A DNA stretch of 64,000 nucleotides from a virus, in IMG/VR virus record IMGVR_UViG_3300028920_000057, positions 1-64,000 of that record; one strand, given 5' to 3'. The notes below the pieces were generated by a model. It was not told the origin of the DNA and did no database searches. It saw nothing but the letters and a program-made list of their open reading frames with translations. Both the position numbers and the translations under genes were made by a program. Shown piece after piece: positions 9,425-20,247 of the stretch. The stretch's first letter is position 1, and each line of letters begins with the position of its first letter.

Positions 9425-10630
9425 TTATGCCTCAGTAATTGAAGTGTCTATCACAATCCCTTTTAGATAATCAACTATCGAATCATTAACGAGGAAACAG
9501 GTTAGTCGAATCTCATTAACGCCGCTATCAAACGTAAGCGATGTTGATATAAGATCATCGGTTTCTATTTGAGCTCTCAAAAGATGAGTGCTTTGCGTAT
9601 CGACGACATCGTTTTTATATCCTTCTATATTGATACGTTCACATTCCCCATCAATCCTGATTGTATTCAACGCCGTGAAGTCTTTACCCTCTGGAGAAAA
9701 GAAGCTCAGAATGATATGATTATCATTTGTCGTATCTGGTGTAACGGAGATTGCGGTTTCATCCCATGCGACATACTGCAGATCAACTTCCTGAAAACCA
9801 ACATAGAATGTTTTCATGCCGTTCTCTTCTACGAAGTTCTTCTGAGTTATCTCAAACTTCAACTGTGTGGTCCCAGATATAATCGGGAAAGCAACGGGTC
9901 CCGCATTTTCTATCGCGCTATCATCTACAAGGTTGTCGGCATTGCCGTCATAAAGAGCGTCAATATCAAGCCCCATACCTGGAAACGGGATGGCAACAAG
10001 GAAGTTGGGATCGGTACCAAAAACAGATGGGACATCAATAGTTATAGTTAATGAAATAGAACTTATATCGTCTGATGGCGGAAAAGCGTATTTTCTATAC
10101 CAATAAGACTGATTGTTCCCGTTAAACATATTGGAAGTATCACTTGTGGTTTGGGTCGCTGCAGAATAATCTCCTCCTTCGGTAATAGTTACCGTCGGAT
10201 CTCGACTAACCACAACCTGGCTATCAAGCAAGCCTTTCTGATAGAAGTAGTTGAGAACATTATTGCGAGGAGGATATACCGTGCCAACCATTGGGAGATG
10301 GAATGCGTGACGTTCATTATCTCCTTCGAAAGCAATCCCGTCTGTACGATAAAATGAAAACGGCATAACCAATGTACTGGAACTAGAGATTTCATCTCGC
10401 AAGATTGTCTCTGCATTACTGGCAGCATTAGAATTACGAGAGAACGCATATTCTCTGGCAAAGATTGCTTCATGTACCGATTGGTTATTGTTAAGTTCAT
10501 TTATCGCGTCTGCCAACGCTGTAAGATCGTATGCTATTTCATCAAACGAATCTTTCTTATCCGCAGAACTGTTGGGCCCTCTGAATGGGAAAGGACGCTT
10601 TTTAAATCTGAGACTAACAGGGAAAGTCAT
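9425..10630 (-). CDS. Virion structural protein (baseplate/fibre paralogue family, member 4)
   Basis: N-terminal coiled coil and a NMFNGNNQSYW galactose-binding-like motif shared with the three upstream paralogues. Confidence 0.6.
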   Translation of the reverse strand: MTFPVSLRFKKRPFPFRGPNSSADKKDSFDEIAYDLTALADAINELNNNQSVHEAIFAREYAFSRNSNAASNAETILRDEISSSSTLVMPFSFYRTDGIAFEGDNERHAFHLPMVGTVYPPRNNVLNYFYQKGLLDSQVVVSRDPTVTITEGGDYSAATQTTSDTSNMFNGNNQSYWYRKYAFPPSDDISSISLTITIDVPSVFGTDPNFLVAIPFPGMGLDIDALYDGNADNLVDDSAIENAGPVAFPIISGTTQLKFEITQKNFVEENGMKTFYVGFQEVDLQYVAWDETAISVTPDTTNDNHIILSFFSPEGKDFTALNTIRIDGECERINIEGYKNDVVDTQSTHLLRAQIETDDLISTSLTFDSGVNEIRLTCFLVNDSIVDYLKGIVIDTSITEA

Positions 10631-13600
10631 TAGTATATCCTCAATGTAAAGTTGTTTAATACAGGCGTCAATGAGCTGTTATAATTTAAGCTCCGAGTTA
10701 GTGTTGCTTTAAGCTGTATCTCTGCATGTAATGAATTAATTACATTTGTATCATTATTGTTGTAGTCATATTCGATCTCGAATTCCTCTCTCTTTTCTTC
10801 GATTAACGACGGACTAGAAATAATGCTACCAGATAAAGCGGCAGATAAATCTTCATTCTTAAAGATATTATATAACCTATTATTAATAAATGCGTTATCA
10901 TTTGGATTGAATGGAACAATAACTCTTTCATCAATTATAGTAAAATGCTGATGGCCTGCAAGTCTTGATGATCTGTAAAGCCTCTCGTGATCAACATAAG
11001 ACAAAGGCTCGCGAATAGCCAGCATTCGATTAAAGATATCGCTCACATTAAAGATCCTTCGGCCATCGGTGTCGGTGGCTTCGATAAACTTTATAAGCCT
11101 ATCTATATCTTTTGCCTTTATTGATACTTCGTGCCATCCGGGCTTTATCGTAAGAACTGAACCAGTCCTGAGTTCGGATCCATCAAAAGCAACCGTTTCT
11201 CCGGCATTCTTGTCTGGCGCATATACAGAATCTCCAAAACTGGCGATCTTTATTTGGACCACCCTTTCCTGTGCAGTATATAGATAGGTCTTTACTGTAT
11301 GTAAACTCTGTTTCCTTTCTTGATATTTATAGACCACAAAAAGATCTTTGACAATATCTTCTTTTAAAGAATGGATGGCGCCGTTGATATACTTGAAGTC
11401 TACGCCCTCTCTGAAGGTGGCGCCGGTCTGACTATCTATAACTTTGATAGTTTCAGGCATAACATCTATTTTAGAACTTCCCGCAGAGACTCGATATTTG
11501 ACCTCAATGACGTCTCCATCTTTAATGGTAATAGAGTCTTTGAATTTTATCTTATCGCCCATAATATATTTGACTTCAGACGTTAAGTCTTGAGACAAGA
11601 TCTCCCACGATTTAACTTGATAGGACGTTGCCTTTGGAATTGTACTCCCAAGTTTAGTCGGATTTGTAATCACGAGGATGGGTCTCCGGGTTCCATCTGC
11701 ATCGTAATCTGAGACACGATCTACCTCATAGACCCCGCTAAATGTATCTGTCGTAATCCGTACCGGAAATGGTACAATTAAATCGTCGACATCATTAACT
11801 TTGAAGACGTCAGAGGCTTGAGCAACATGCTTCGGGTTTGGAATCAAATGAAAACTATCAGACTCATGTCCTTTATTCTCAGGCTGTTCTGTAACCTTTA
11901 GTGAATTGAATATAATTTGTGAGACAGCTTTTATAGGAATGGTTACATCTACCCTGCTGGTATTTGTTAAAGACTCAAGGACATCGTTATCGCCTTTAAT
12001 AAATACGTCTTCCATGCCCTGTGCCGACCAATCTGTAGTTGTCGGAACCAGAACTCCGGTTTCCTCTATTTCCACATCATTAAAAGTCAATTGCGATCGA
12101 AGCAAGAGATTGAAAGTTATAGATGTTCCATCGGAGAATAAGAAGATAATATCTTCTTCTGGCTTACAGTCTGCGAGATAAGAATCTTCAGATTGTCTCG
12201 CTACAATAGTGTATGCGTCTGTCGTGGAAACCGTAACCGTCTCTGTGACTCCGGCCGGTTGAAGTACTGGATATTCTGTAAAATCCTCGACAAAGAATTT
12301 GTTCCCACTACCTGCCGTTCCGAATCCAATTGGTTCTTCAAATGATTTTCTTATAATACTTGCTATAGCTGCCGTGGGATTTATTTCGTCATATTTTCTG
12401 ACGATCATTTCCTGGCCAGCCTCATTGAAATCTACTTGATGGCTTACTGCTATTGTATCGTCTGCGATATAGCGAGCGTTTTCAACTTTATAGAAAAACA
12501 TCTGTGCATCTTTATCCATCCTCAAATCTATGCGAGTCTCTGCTGTCTGAGTTACAATATTTTCTCCGTCTAAATATTCCCAGGCATTAATTCCTCTATA
12601 GAGTTTTGCGGTTCTCATAAGAATATCATGATTACTTTCTACTGGCCCGATATCATAGAACTGAACAAAATCTCTGGAGTTAACAAGTTCCGGTGTATCA
12701 TTCGGTATAGAATCCCAATAATGACTTGTTCCAGATATTTCAATCTTCGATGGGTTTTCTTTTGTAGCTCTTGATTTTGGAGTCAGGCTCATCCAGCCCG
12801 TCGTGGCTCCTCCTTCTTCTTTTGCTTTTATCTGATATTGTATATCACAACCATCTGGGATGTCTTCTTCTGCCATCAATTCAATGGCAGAAATAGTATT
12901 CTGTAAATCCGGTTCATAGTATTCGGTAGTCATGACTCCCGAATTATTATAAATATCATCAAAGAGAGCTATCATTCTAAAACCAAACACATAGTCACTA
13001 ATCCCCTGTCGGATATAGGGTGGTGAGGCTATGGTTGCTCTAATTTTGATCGTTTTGATTAATCTCTTTTCAAAACGCCATTGCAGCTCATTCCCTCGTG
13101 TTTGCTGGGCAATTAAAGGCTCATAAAATGAACCGTCTTCAGAAACCTCTGGCAATATCGTCATTGGGATATCTGAATTAGGCTGAATGACTAATCGCGA
13201 AACATGTTTTTGCTCAATAGGGAACATGAAGATAATTGTTACAGAGCCCGTATAATCTGCTGTAGATACTCTATGAATCCATATATCATCTATATCTGTA
13301 ACCACATTGGCGAATGCGGTTCCATAATGAGTCCCAGAAGAAAGAACCTGTTCAACTGTCGGTCCCTCAATATCGATATTTGGATTGTACGTTTTTAGAT
13401 TAGGCAACTTAACACGTCGACTTAGATATGGTTTTTTACTAAGAATTACCTGCCCATATCCAATATCTACATCCGCAGTAGTGTTGTCAAAATTGATATA
13501 CTCTGTATCTGTAAAAGATTCGCTGATATAATCCACAGCCTTATTTTCTGCTACAGCCGTAAGCTCTTGAAGCTGGGCTTTTATGTCGGTAACGTCCTTG

Positions 13601-13908
13601 ACCATTTTTTGCTGACGGGTTGTATTCTTTGTAAATTCTACTTTATTCTCTACATAATATTCTCGTAAAATCTCTCTGAGAACTTCTATATCAAAAACCA
13701 GATTGGTAAAGAAGTTATCGAGATCTTTTGCAGGCAATAGCTGCCGATCACGTACTGCGACCAATTGCGCCGTAGGTTCTCCTAACTGTGAAAGCATCGA
13801 CCTCGCAATTGCAGCGATCTCTCTAGGATCTGGTCGCTTACCTTCTTTCATTAAGTTGGCTGTAATATCTTTTATCTTTTCTTGGAATTGTACCAGCTTT
13901 ACATTCAT
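10630..13908 (-). CDS. Virion structural protein (baseplate/fibre paralogue family, member 3)
   Basis: 1092 aa: coiled coil, ADVDIGYGQVIL motif, beta-rich body, C-terminal QLKATL.R......TPVLNNFTLRI. Confidence 0.65.
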   Translation of the reverse strand: MNVKLVQFQEKIKDITANLMKEGKRPDPREIAAIARSMLSQLGEPTAQLVAVRDRQLLPAKDLDNFFTNLVFDIEVLREILREYYVENKVEFTKNTTRQQKMVKDVTDIKAQLQELTAVAENKAVDYISESFTDTEYINFDNTTADVDIGYGQVILSKKPYLSRRVKLPNLKTYNPNIDIEGPTVEQVLSSGTHYGTAFANVVTDIDDIWIHRVSTADYTGSVTIIFMFPIEQKHVSRLVIQPNSDIPMTILPEVSEDGSFYEPLIAQQTRGNELQWRFEKRLIKTIKIRATIASPPYIRQGISDYVFGFRMIALFDDIYNNSGVMTTEYYEPDLQNTISAIELMAEEDIPDGCDIQYQIKAKEEGGATTGWMSLTPKSRATKENPSKIEISGTSHYWDSIPNDTPELVNSRDFVQFYDIGPVESNHDILMRTAKLYRGINAWEYLDGENIVTQTAETRIDLRMDKDAQMFFYKVENARYIADDTIAVSHQVDFNEAGQEMIVRKYDEINPTAAIASIIRKSFEEPIGFGTAGSGNKFFVEDFTEYPVLQPAGVTETVTVSTTDAYTIVARQSEDSYLADCKPEEDIIFLFSDGTSITFNLLLRSQLTFNDVEIEETGVLVPTTTDWSAQGMEDVFIKGDNDVLESLTNTSRVDVTIPIKAVSQIIFNSLKVTEQPENKGHESDSFHLIPNPKHVAQASDVFKVNDVDDLIVPFPVRITTDTFSGVYEVDRVSDYDADGTRRPILVITNPTKLGSTIPKATSYQVKSWEILSQDLTSEVKYIMGDKIKFKDSITIKDGDVIEVKYRVSAGSSKIDVMPETIKVIDSQTGATFREGVDFKYINGAIHSLKEDIVKDLFVVYKYQERKQSLHTVKTYLYTAQERVVQIKIASFGDSVYAPDKNAGETVAFDGSELRTGSVLTIKPGWHEVSIKAKDIDRLIKFIEATDTDGRRIFNVSDIFNRMLAIREPLSYVDHERLYRSSRLAGHQHFTIIDERVIVPFNPNDNAFINNRLYNIFKNEDLSAALSGSIISSPSLIEEKREEFEIEYDYNNNDTNVINSLHAEIQLKATLTRSLNYNSSLTPVLNNFTLRIY

Positions 13909-15614
13909 GCTGTTTTAACCTCCAATTGATACCCTCTAAGAACCGGGGTTATATTGTCTCGATCAATTGGCCTTTTAAAAATGGCTTTAAATCTTATTTG
14001 CGAGACTTCTTCTTTGGGCGTTAATACCAATGGCTTATCGTTTACATCTCTCCCCGCCCCATATGCTGCTATGGGATAAAATGTATTCCCATCAAAGCTT
14101 AGTTCATAATCAATCCATGAGTCGTTTCCAAAAACGGAAGGGATGATTTCATCTACTCTTAGACGTACTTCTTCTACTTTTCCTTCTACTAGAAATGGGG
14201 CTGATATGAATTCTGAGATTTCATCATATACAACCCTGTTGACTACGAGCTCGGAGATACCTATCGCTTGATGCATGCGATCTTCTTGAACGGTACTCGC
14301 GAAATTGCTTGGCTTAACCGACCATTGTCCCCCAATGCCGGTAACAGCGCGGATAAGTTGTGCTGTCGGGATATTTATGTCCTCACGAGAAGATAGTGCC
14401 ATAGATTGCAGATAGTCAAGATTGACATATCTATTTTCAAAGCGACCGGTATCCGGGTTTTCTCTGCCAACAGTCATCTTTAACTTGGGATATGGAACTA
14501 TCGAAGAATGTGCCTGAGACAGACTGATCAATAAATATCTCATCTCAACAGGATCGAACGCTATATCAATAACAGAATTATAATTAGAATTTGTTGGGGC
14601 ACTTGTTGCGTCTGGCTGGTCTATGGTTTCCAACCTATCTGGCGTCAAAAGATTTCTATGAATTTGAATATTGGACAGCTCTCCAGCGTTGGTTCCCCCT
14701 TTAATTCCTATTACATCTACGACGTCTCCCTGATGGATCAGATAAGGCGTCAGAGACACATTGCTTATAGTCTGGGCTCCGCCTAGATCAAGCAGAATAT
14801 CCACGAGAAGTGGCTGTGTATCGTTTGAGGTGGAATTCTCAACGTATTCACAGACCCAAGCCGTATCAATGGCTCCGTCGAAGACTTTAAATCTGTTCGC
14901 AAGCTTTTCTGCTTCAGTCGCTTGTTCCATAACAAGCTTCGGTGGATTAGTCTTCAATTTAAGATTAAAGCCTTGCCCTTCTGGGATTACATTATCCGCA
15001 TAGCCATAATAAATCCCCTCATAAAAGAAGTTAACGGGAGTTTCATCGTTGACATCTCTGAGGTTTTCTCTGTTTGACTTTAAGACCTTAAAATTCGCAG
15101 GAACAATACGTTCTCCAATCCTACGATTGAGAGTAACTGCTCCTAACGTATTGTCAACAAAGGCGTTAGATGCATTTACAGGGAAATCTGGATCATATCT
15201 TTCGTTCGATGTAAAGTTATCAGATATAAATATGATATTTGAATAGCCACGTTTTTTGGTTGCACTTTCCAAAGAAGCAAGCATTGGCTGGATTTCATTG
15301 ATCTCAGTTTGTACCAAGTCCAACATAGTTGTCGTCGCATTGTATTCTCTAGTTACGATATCAGGAATATCTGAGATAGAATCTTTAGAAGCCTGCATAT
15401 CGTCCTGCAGCATATCTAGCTTTTCATTCATATTTTCTGTATCTGGATACTCTAACGTCTTGTGCTGACTTGACTTAACGTCGCTCAAGTCGTCAATAGC
15501 ATCTATAAGATCCTCGATAAGATTGGCTGAGGATTCCACTGTTTTACCAAGCGTATCCTCGAAATGCTTTCGTTTAAGTTCTTCGTGAGGATTGATTGTT
15601 AGAGGATTTGTCAT
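13905..15614 (-). CDS. Virion structural protein (baseplate/fibre paralogue family, member 2)
   Basis: 569 aa: coiled coil, AFVDNTLGAVTL, VFDGAIDTAW, C-terminal RFKAIF.R......TPVLRGYQLEV. Confidence 0.65.
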   Translation of the reverse strand: MTNPLTINPHEELKRKHFEDTLGKTVESSANLIEDLIDAIDDLSDVKSSQHKTLEYPDTENMNEKLDMLQDDMQASKDSISDIPDIVTREYNATTTMLDLVQTEINEIQPMLASLESATKKRGYSNIIFISDNFTSNERYDPDFPVNASNAFVDNTLGAVTLNRRIGERIVPANFKVLKSNRENLRDVNDETPVNFFYEGIYYGYADNVIPEGQGFNLKLKTNPPKLVMEQATEAEKLANRFKVFDGAIDTAWVCEYVENSTSNDTQPLLVDILLDLGGAQTISNVSLTPYLIHQGDVVDVIGIKGGTNAGELSNIQIHRNLLTPDRLETIDQPDATSAPTNSNYNSVIDIAFDPVEMRYLLISLSQAHSSIVPYPKLKMTVGRENPDTGRFENRYVNLDYLQSMALSSREDINIPTAQLIRAVTGIGGQWSVKPSNFASTVQEDRMHQAIGISELVVNRVVYDEISEFISAPFLVEGKVEEVRLRVDEIIPSVFGNDSWIDYELSFDGNTFYPIAAYGAGRDVNDKPLVLTPKEEVSQIRFKAIFKRPIDRDNITPVLRGYQLEVKTA

Positions 15615-17776
15615 TAGATTGTCCTCGCCTTCATAAGCAATGTAATATCTTTCAACTCAGGAGTCACAGTTAAATTTGCCGTTGTGGTTCGCCTCAAAGT
15701 AACGATAGGTCGAATATATTCAGCCATTACATTATACTGTACTTTAATTTCTTTACCAGCTATCCTTGTTCCAAAAATCAATTCATTGCCTTCATGGATA
15801 TATTCGTAGACCGTTCCTCCAAAAGGATTTCTGGAAAGAGTTTTATTCTTTCCAGCCACATAATCTGTGACATTTATTGCGGGAATTCTATCTACAGTAA
15901 CTTTAATTGGCTCATAGAATTTATTTACATTCTCAGCATTTCCATAAGCCAGTCCATCTAAATATAGAACCTTTGTAGTACTATTTAAAGAATTGATATT
16001 AAGCTTGACTCTGGTGTCAATATCGTTTACACGAGCTCCGAGAACCGTATTGATCTCGCCTGCATAGAAGAATTTTCCTTCGAACTGATAGAAGTTAACA
16101 AGGTCATTTACTATGCTGTATTCTACATGAGGAAATGTCTTGAGCGACAAGCGTCCTGTTGGAGTTGTTTCCGTAAATATTTCAGGCTCTATTAGTGGTA
16201 TCGATAACAGGTCGTCATGGATATAGACGGGAGTGCCGCCAGAACTTACTGTATAAGATGCCGTATAGATATTCGATAGGTCAGGAGTGAACCCTGAAAT
16301 ATTCGTGAAGAGAGTAATCGAAGAAGTTGTAGCATAATAATAATTATGAGGCAACTCTTCTCCGTTTTCATATACAATAACTTGTTTGGTATTATCTATG
16401 GCGAATCTCGTAATTCCAGTATATGATCTACCAGAGAACTGCAATACTTCAGATTCAACAAGCCCTTCAGTTGCTCTGGGTAAAATTGGGATGCGCCTAT
16501 CATTTCCAATTTCTATATTGTACTCAACTGTAACGTCGCTCTTGGTTTGCTCTGTGATATCCAGCTCTATGCTGAAAGTGTTTTTATTGTTAACAAACTT
16601 AGGGCCGGCATATTGACTTTCAATATTGTACTCTATGTGATATAAGCTTATATCTGAAATACCAAAAAGATATTCATAACCTTCTAAGGATAAGAGTCTG
16701 TCAGGATCAGCACGAACTGCTCCCACAATAGCATTGAACAAGTCTTTTTTTATACTGTCACTCCGTAGGTCTGGCTGAGAATAATCTACGGTTTCGACTG
16801 CATGTTTTATATTTTCTCTGATTGTATCTACGGTAACCTCTTCATAGTTTGATGGAAGTAAACGATTTCTATCTATTGCATTATACTGTCTAAGCGTTAT
16901 TCTGATGTACTTCGCAGATATCTCAGAGAAAAGAATAGGGACATAATCCGTATTCTGTGTTGCCAAAGAAGCAGAGAATGAAGGTACTGTAGAATAGTTC
17001 GTTCCGTCCGTACTATATTCCAGGTTCTGAACTTTGAGAGGATAAGAAGCAAACGGTAAAATATATACCGCAGACATGTTTTGCGCCGAACCAAGCCTCA
17101 ACGTAATTGTACCATCCATATATCCCGCATTAGTCTTAGCCATAACCATTGCCTGCCAGAATGTTTCTGGATCGGGATCGACCATATTTTGAATATTCCC
17201 AACAGTAAATACATCATCACCATCAAATGTCACTGTTGGAGTTATGGTTGTTTGAGAGATTATATTGGTAGCTTTCTTTGGTCTCAATGTCAAACGACCA
17301 GATCTCGAATCAATTATCGCAGTATCTTCTGCTGCAGAATTGTTCCTCCTATCGGAAAAAGTAATCTTACGAATGTCGTCATATTCTGGATTGCTGTAAA
17401 CAGCAAGATGACTTTTAGCATCAGACTTCAATTTCAAGAAAGAATTCCTTACCGCATTAAACTTCTGAGTGGCCTTATATTTTTTAAAAGAAACCGCCTG
17501 CTCTGCGTTAAGCAGAGACCGATATAGGGAGTAAATATCGACGTACAGGCGGTCAATTATGTCGTTGAAATGGTCCGCCGAGAGTTTCTCTAAGGGGATA
17601 AAATTCCGCACGGTGTTTGCCAGGCCGGCAGCTTTTATCGACAAGGCCAATTCTCCGAATCGCTGTTCCCTCAGTTCGGGACGTAACGTTCCATTTGCGG
17701 TCCTTTTATCGAGCAACTTTTGCACAGCTTCTGATTGTGCTGGTTTAAATATAACATCTGGTTTCTTATCAAGCAT
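15614..17776 (-). CDS. Virion structural protein with discoidin/galactose-binding-like domain (paralogue family, member 1)
   Basis: 720 aa: AIIDSRSGRLTL, NMVDPDPETFW, LEYSTDGTNY, AKYIRITL, C-terminal TPELKDITL. Confidence 0.65.
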   Translation of the reverse strand: MLDKKPDVIFKPAQSEAVQKLLDKRTANGTLRPELREQRFGELALSIKAAGLANTVRNFIPLEKLSADHFNDIIDRLYVDIYSLYRSLLNAEQAVSFKKYKATQKFNAVRNSFLKLKSDAKSHLAVYSNPEYDDIRKITFSDRRNNSAAEDTAIIDSRSGRLTLRPKKATNIISQTTITPTVTFDGDDVFTVGNIQNMVDPDPETFWQAMVMAKTNAGYMDGTITLRLGSAQNMSAVYILPFASYPLKVQNLEYSTDGTNYSTVPSFSASLATQNTDYVPILFSEISAKYIRITLRQYNAIDRNRLLPSNYEEVTVDTIRENIKHAVETVDYSQPDLRSDSIKKDLFNAIVGAVRADPDRLLSLEGYEYLFGISDISLYHIEYNIESQYAGPKFVNNKNTFSIELDITEQTKSDVTVEYNIEIGNDRRIPILPRATEGLVESEVLQFSGRSYTGITRFAIDNTKQVIVYENGEELPHNYYYATTSSITLFTNISGFTPDLSNIYTASYTVSSGGTPVYIHDDLLSIPLIEPEIFTETTPTGRLSLKTFPHVEYSIVNDLVNFYQFEGKFFYAGEINTVLGARVNDIDTRVKLNINSLNSTTKVLYLDGLAYGNAENVNKFYEPIKVTVDRIPAINVTDYVAGKNKTLSRNPFGGTVYEYIHEGNELIFGTRIAGKEIKVQYNVMAEYIRPIVTLRRTTTANLTVTPELKDITLLMKARTI

Positions 17777-17784
17777 TACCTATC

Positions 17785-20244
17785 CTATGAAGAAGATGAA
17801 GATGAATTCGAACTCGAGCTAGAACTAGAGCTTGAAGAACTTGCTTCAAATGGTTCCTCGAATTTCTGATATATCTTTGTGCCTATTGCCACATGCTTTC
17901 CTATGACGTCAGAGATTTCACGTTCAGTAAATTGTTCTCTAACCTCATCTTCCATGGCTACTTCAACAAATACATGGGGAATATTTTTCCCATCATTATA
18001 CCCTATATCGTTGAAACCTACAACGTTTGGATTCTCCTTATAAGCCTCATCAAAATTCTTGTTCTCAATAACTCCTCCGCCTCGCTTTCTGACATCGGTA
18101 ATTTCAATATCAGACGCTGGAATACCCTCTGTGATATAATACGTACCAACAAGCATATAGATCTTATTGTCGTATCCAATCAACTCATCCGTTTCATCAA
18201 AGATCATAACTTCGCCCGTTGGACTTAAATAAATACTGATGGATGATCCGAGATAACTTTTCAAATCAAGATTGGCAACAATATGATTCTTTTGAACATA
18301 ATGATATTTAATATATTTGTCGGCATCAAATTTAATCTTACGACTGAAGATCAAAATCCCATTCTCAGTATCAAAATCTATTAAACTACTCGTGATATCC
18401 TCTGTCAATTTGTTCCCGACTTTCATCGTGAAGACAGGCTCCTCTGTAGTAGGATTGATATAAAGAGGTTTTCTACTTAGTCTAAACATATTTTCTGCAA
18501 TTTGAATGGGCGTTTCCCCATGTTCTTTGATGGGATATGCGTTTGCCTCATTTAAATAATACGTTTGAGTCGAAGCATAAGGGATACCATCAAGAAGCAG
18601 ATAGGACGCCTGGATATCTGTGACTGGTTCATAAACACCAGTCTCAACCACTTTAACTTGAGATATGCTTAATGGTCGGCTCATAAATCCAGGCTTTATA
18701 ACCGCTCTCCATTCTCCGTTAACATCTTCGAATGCCGGCTCTAGTCCTATAAGATGATCGTCCACATATTTAATATAGAGCGCCGCCGTCCTGAACGTAA
18801 CTCGCCTGTCACAATTATTCGGGACAACAGGAGTCTCGATAGTTAAAGAAGCCTCGGGAAACCCCTCGTCTGCGGCAGTCGCAGTTAGATATTCTGTATA
18901 AAGCCCTCCTTGCGGCATTGTTACCGACGTGATTACTCGTCCTTGATAATGCGTACTGATATTAATAGTGGCAACCAACTCGCCCGTTGTTTTCTTGCCA
19001 GTTGGTCCATATATAATTTCCGTACCCCCTATCTGAACCTTAGATACTGTTGGGAAAGTTACAACAGCCGGCCCGGTAAAAGCCTCGTGATTATCAAATA
19101 GATAAAGGAAATATCTATTAAGTTGAGTAACAGAATCTATATCGGTGAATAGAACTGGATAATCATCTGAATCCAATACACTCAACACCGTATTCAATAC
19201 AGATGTCAAGGCCTGGTCATATGTATATCCCTGATAAATAATCATATCGCTTGGCAATAAAGATATTCTGCTATAACGACAAAGACGAATGTTTGAAGCG
19301 TAGCCTTCTCCGGTATAAGATATATTATAGACCCCATATTCGTCCGACGGTCTCATCTCTACCCAAAATGTTTGTAGAGTTAATTCCTTATCAATAGTTC
19401 CGCTGGAAGAGTTTAAGCTCGATGAAGACTGCATGATATCTGCTTCTGCCACAGTGGTCAAAGGAAATTCTACCCATCCTGCAGTTTCTGGAATATCGGA
19501 GTGTTCTACGCTTGAAATTGCAAGCCTCTTATGCACTGCCCCATTATAATCTTGGTGAATGATTATATCAAATGTTCCACCAACATTACTGGCTTTACCC
19601 ATGTGAATATAAATCTTATCAAACATTCTTATCTCGTCTGTCTGCACCTTCATCAGATAAGTATAACCGTTTGTAATTTGTAACGATTCTCCGTTGGCTA
19701 CCAGAGGGCTTGATTCAATATTGTCAATCATCGGAATTGTAGATAACCCGCTATCAACATAAGTATATTGAGCAAGGTCATCAATCTGCTGATCAAAGTC
19801 CAGAATATATGGAATCATTTGAACTTCATCTGCGAAGTATTCGTCTGCCCATACAGACAGTCTGGGTCCATCATAATAGATGTCTAGAATAGGCATGCCA
19901 TAGTTTGTACGAGGAGATTCTGGGCGCCGACTTGCGTTCAACGCATTATTCAGCACAATAGCCTGTATGGGTGTTGTAAAATCTTCGATTGATACCGCGA
20001 TAGTTGTGTCTGGCTGACCGGTAAAAGATACCTCGTAGTATTCCATTGTTGGCAATTGAATATCTGTATCTGTAAAAGAATTACCCACCATTGTCATTGG
20101 AGTTCCATCAGACCTCACAACAGACGCTATGGTTCCATCGTCTGGATTTTGCAGCGTGGCTTCAATATCGTAAACGCCCGCCTGTAGAGACCCCGCTCTA
20201 ACATCGGTTACTTCTATATTGAATTGTGGATATACTGCTGTCAT
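17785..20244 (-). CDS. Virion structural (baseplate-region) protein with C-terminal poly-Ser tail
   Basis: 819 aa, acidic and beta-rich; ends FEASSSSSSSSSSNSSSSSS-stop; lies in the baseplate/fibre block. Confidence 0.6.
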   Translation of the reverse strand: MTAVYPQFNIEVTDVRAGSLQAGVYDIEATLQNPDDGTIASVVRSDGTPMTMVGNSFTDTDIQLPTMEYYEVSFTGQPDTTIAVSIEDFTTPIQAIVLNNALNASRRPESPRTNYGMPILDIYYDGPRLSVWADEYFADEVQMIPYILDFDQQIDDLAQYTYVDSGLSTIPMIDNIESSPLVANGESLQITNGYTYLMKVQTDEIRMFDKIYIHMGKASNVGGTFDIIIHQDYNGAVHKRLAISSVEHSDIPETAGWVEFPLTTVAEADIMQSSSSLNSSSGTIDKELTLQTFWVEMRPSDEYGVYNISYTGEGYASNIRLCRYSRISLLPSDMIIYQGYTYDQALTSVLNTVLSVLDSDDYPVLFTDIDSVTQLNRYFLYLFDNHEAFTGPAVVTFPTVSKVQIGGTEIIYGPTGKKTTGELVATINISTHYQGRVITSVTMPQGGLYTEYLTATAADEGFPEASLTIETPVVPNNCDRRVTFRTAALYIKYVDDHLIGLEPAFEDVNGEWRAVIKPGFMSRPLSISQVKVVETGVYEPVTDIQASYLLLDGIPYASTQTYYLNEANAYPIKEHGETPIQIAENMFRLSRKPLYINPTTEEPVFTMKVGNKLTEDITSSLIDFDTENGILIFSRKIKFDADKYIKYHYVQKNHIVANLDLKSYLGSSISIYLSPTGEVMIFDETDELIGYDNKIYMLVGTYYITEGIPASDIEITDVRKRGGGVIENKNFDEAYKENPNVVGFNDIGYNDGKNIPHVFVEVAMEDEVREQFTEREISDVIGKHVAIGTKIYQKFEEPFEASSSSSSSSSSSNSSSSSS

Positions 20245-20247
20245 GCT

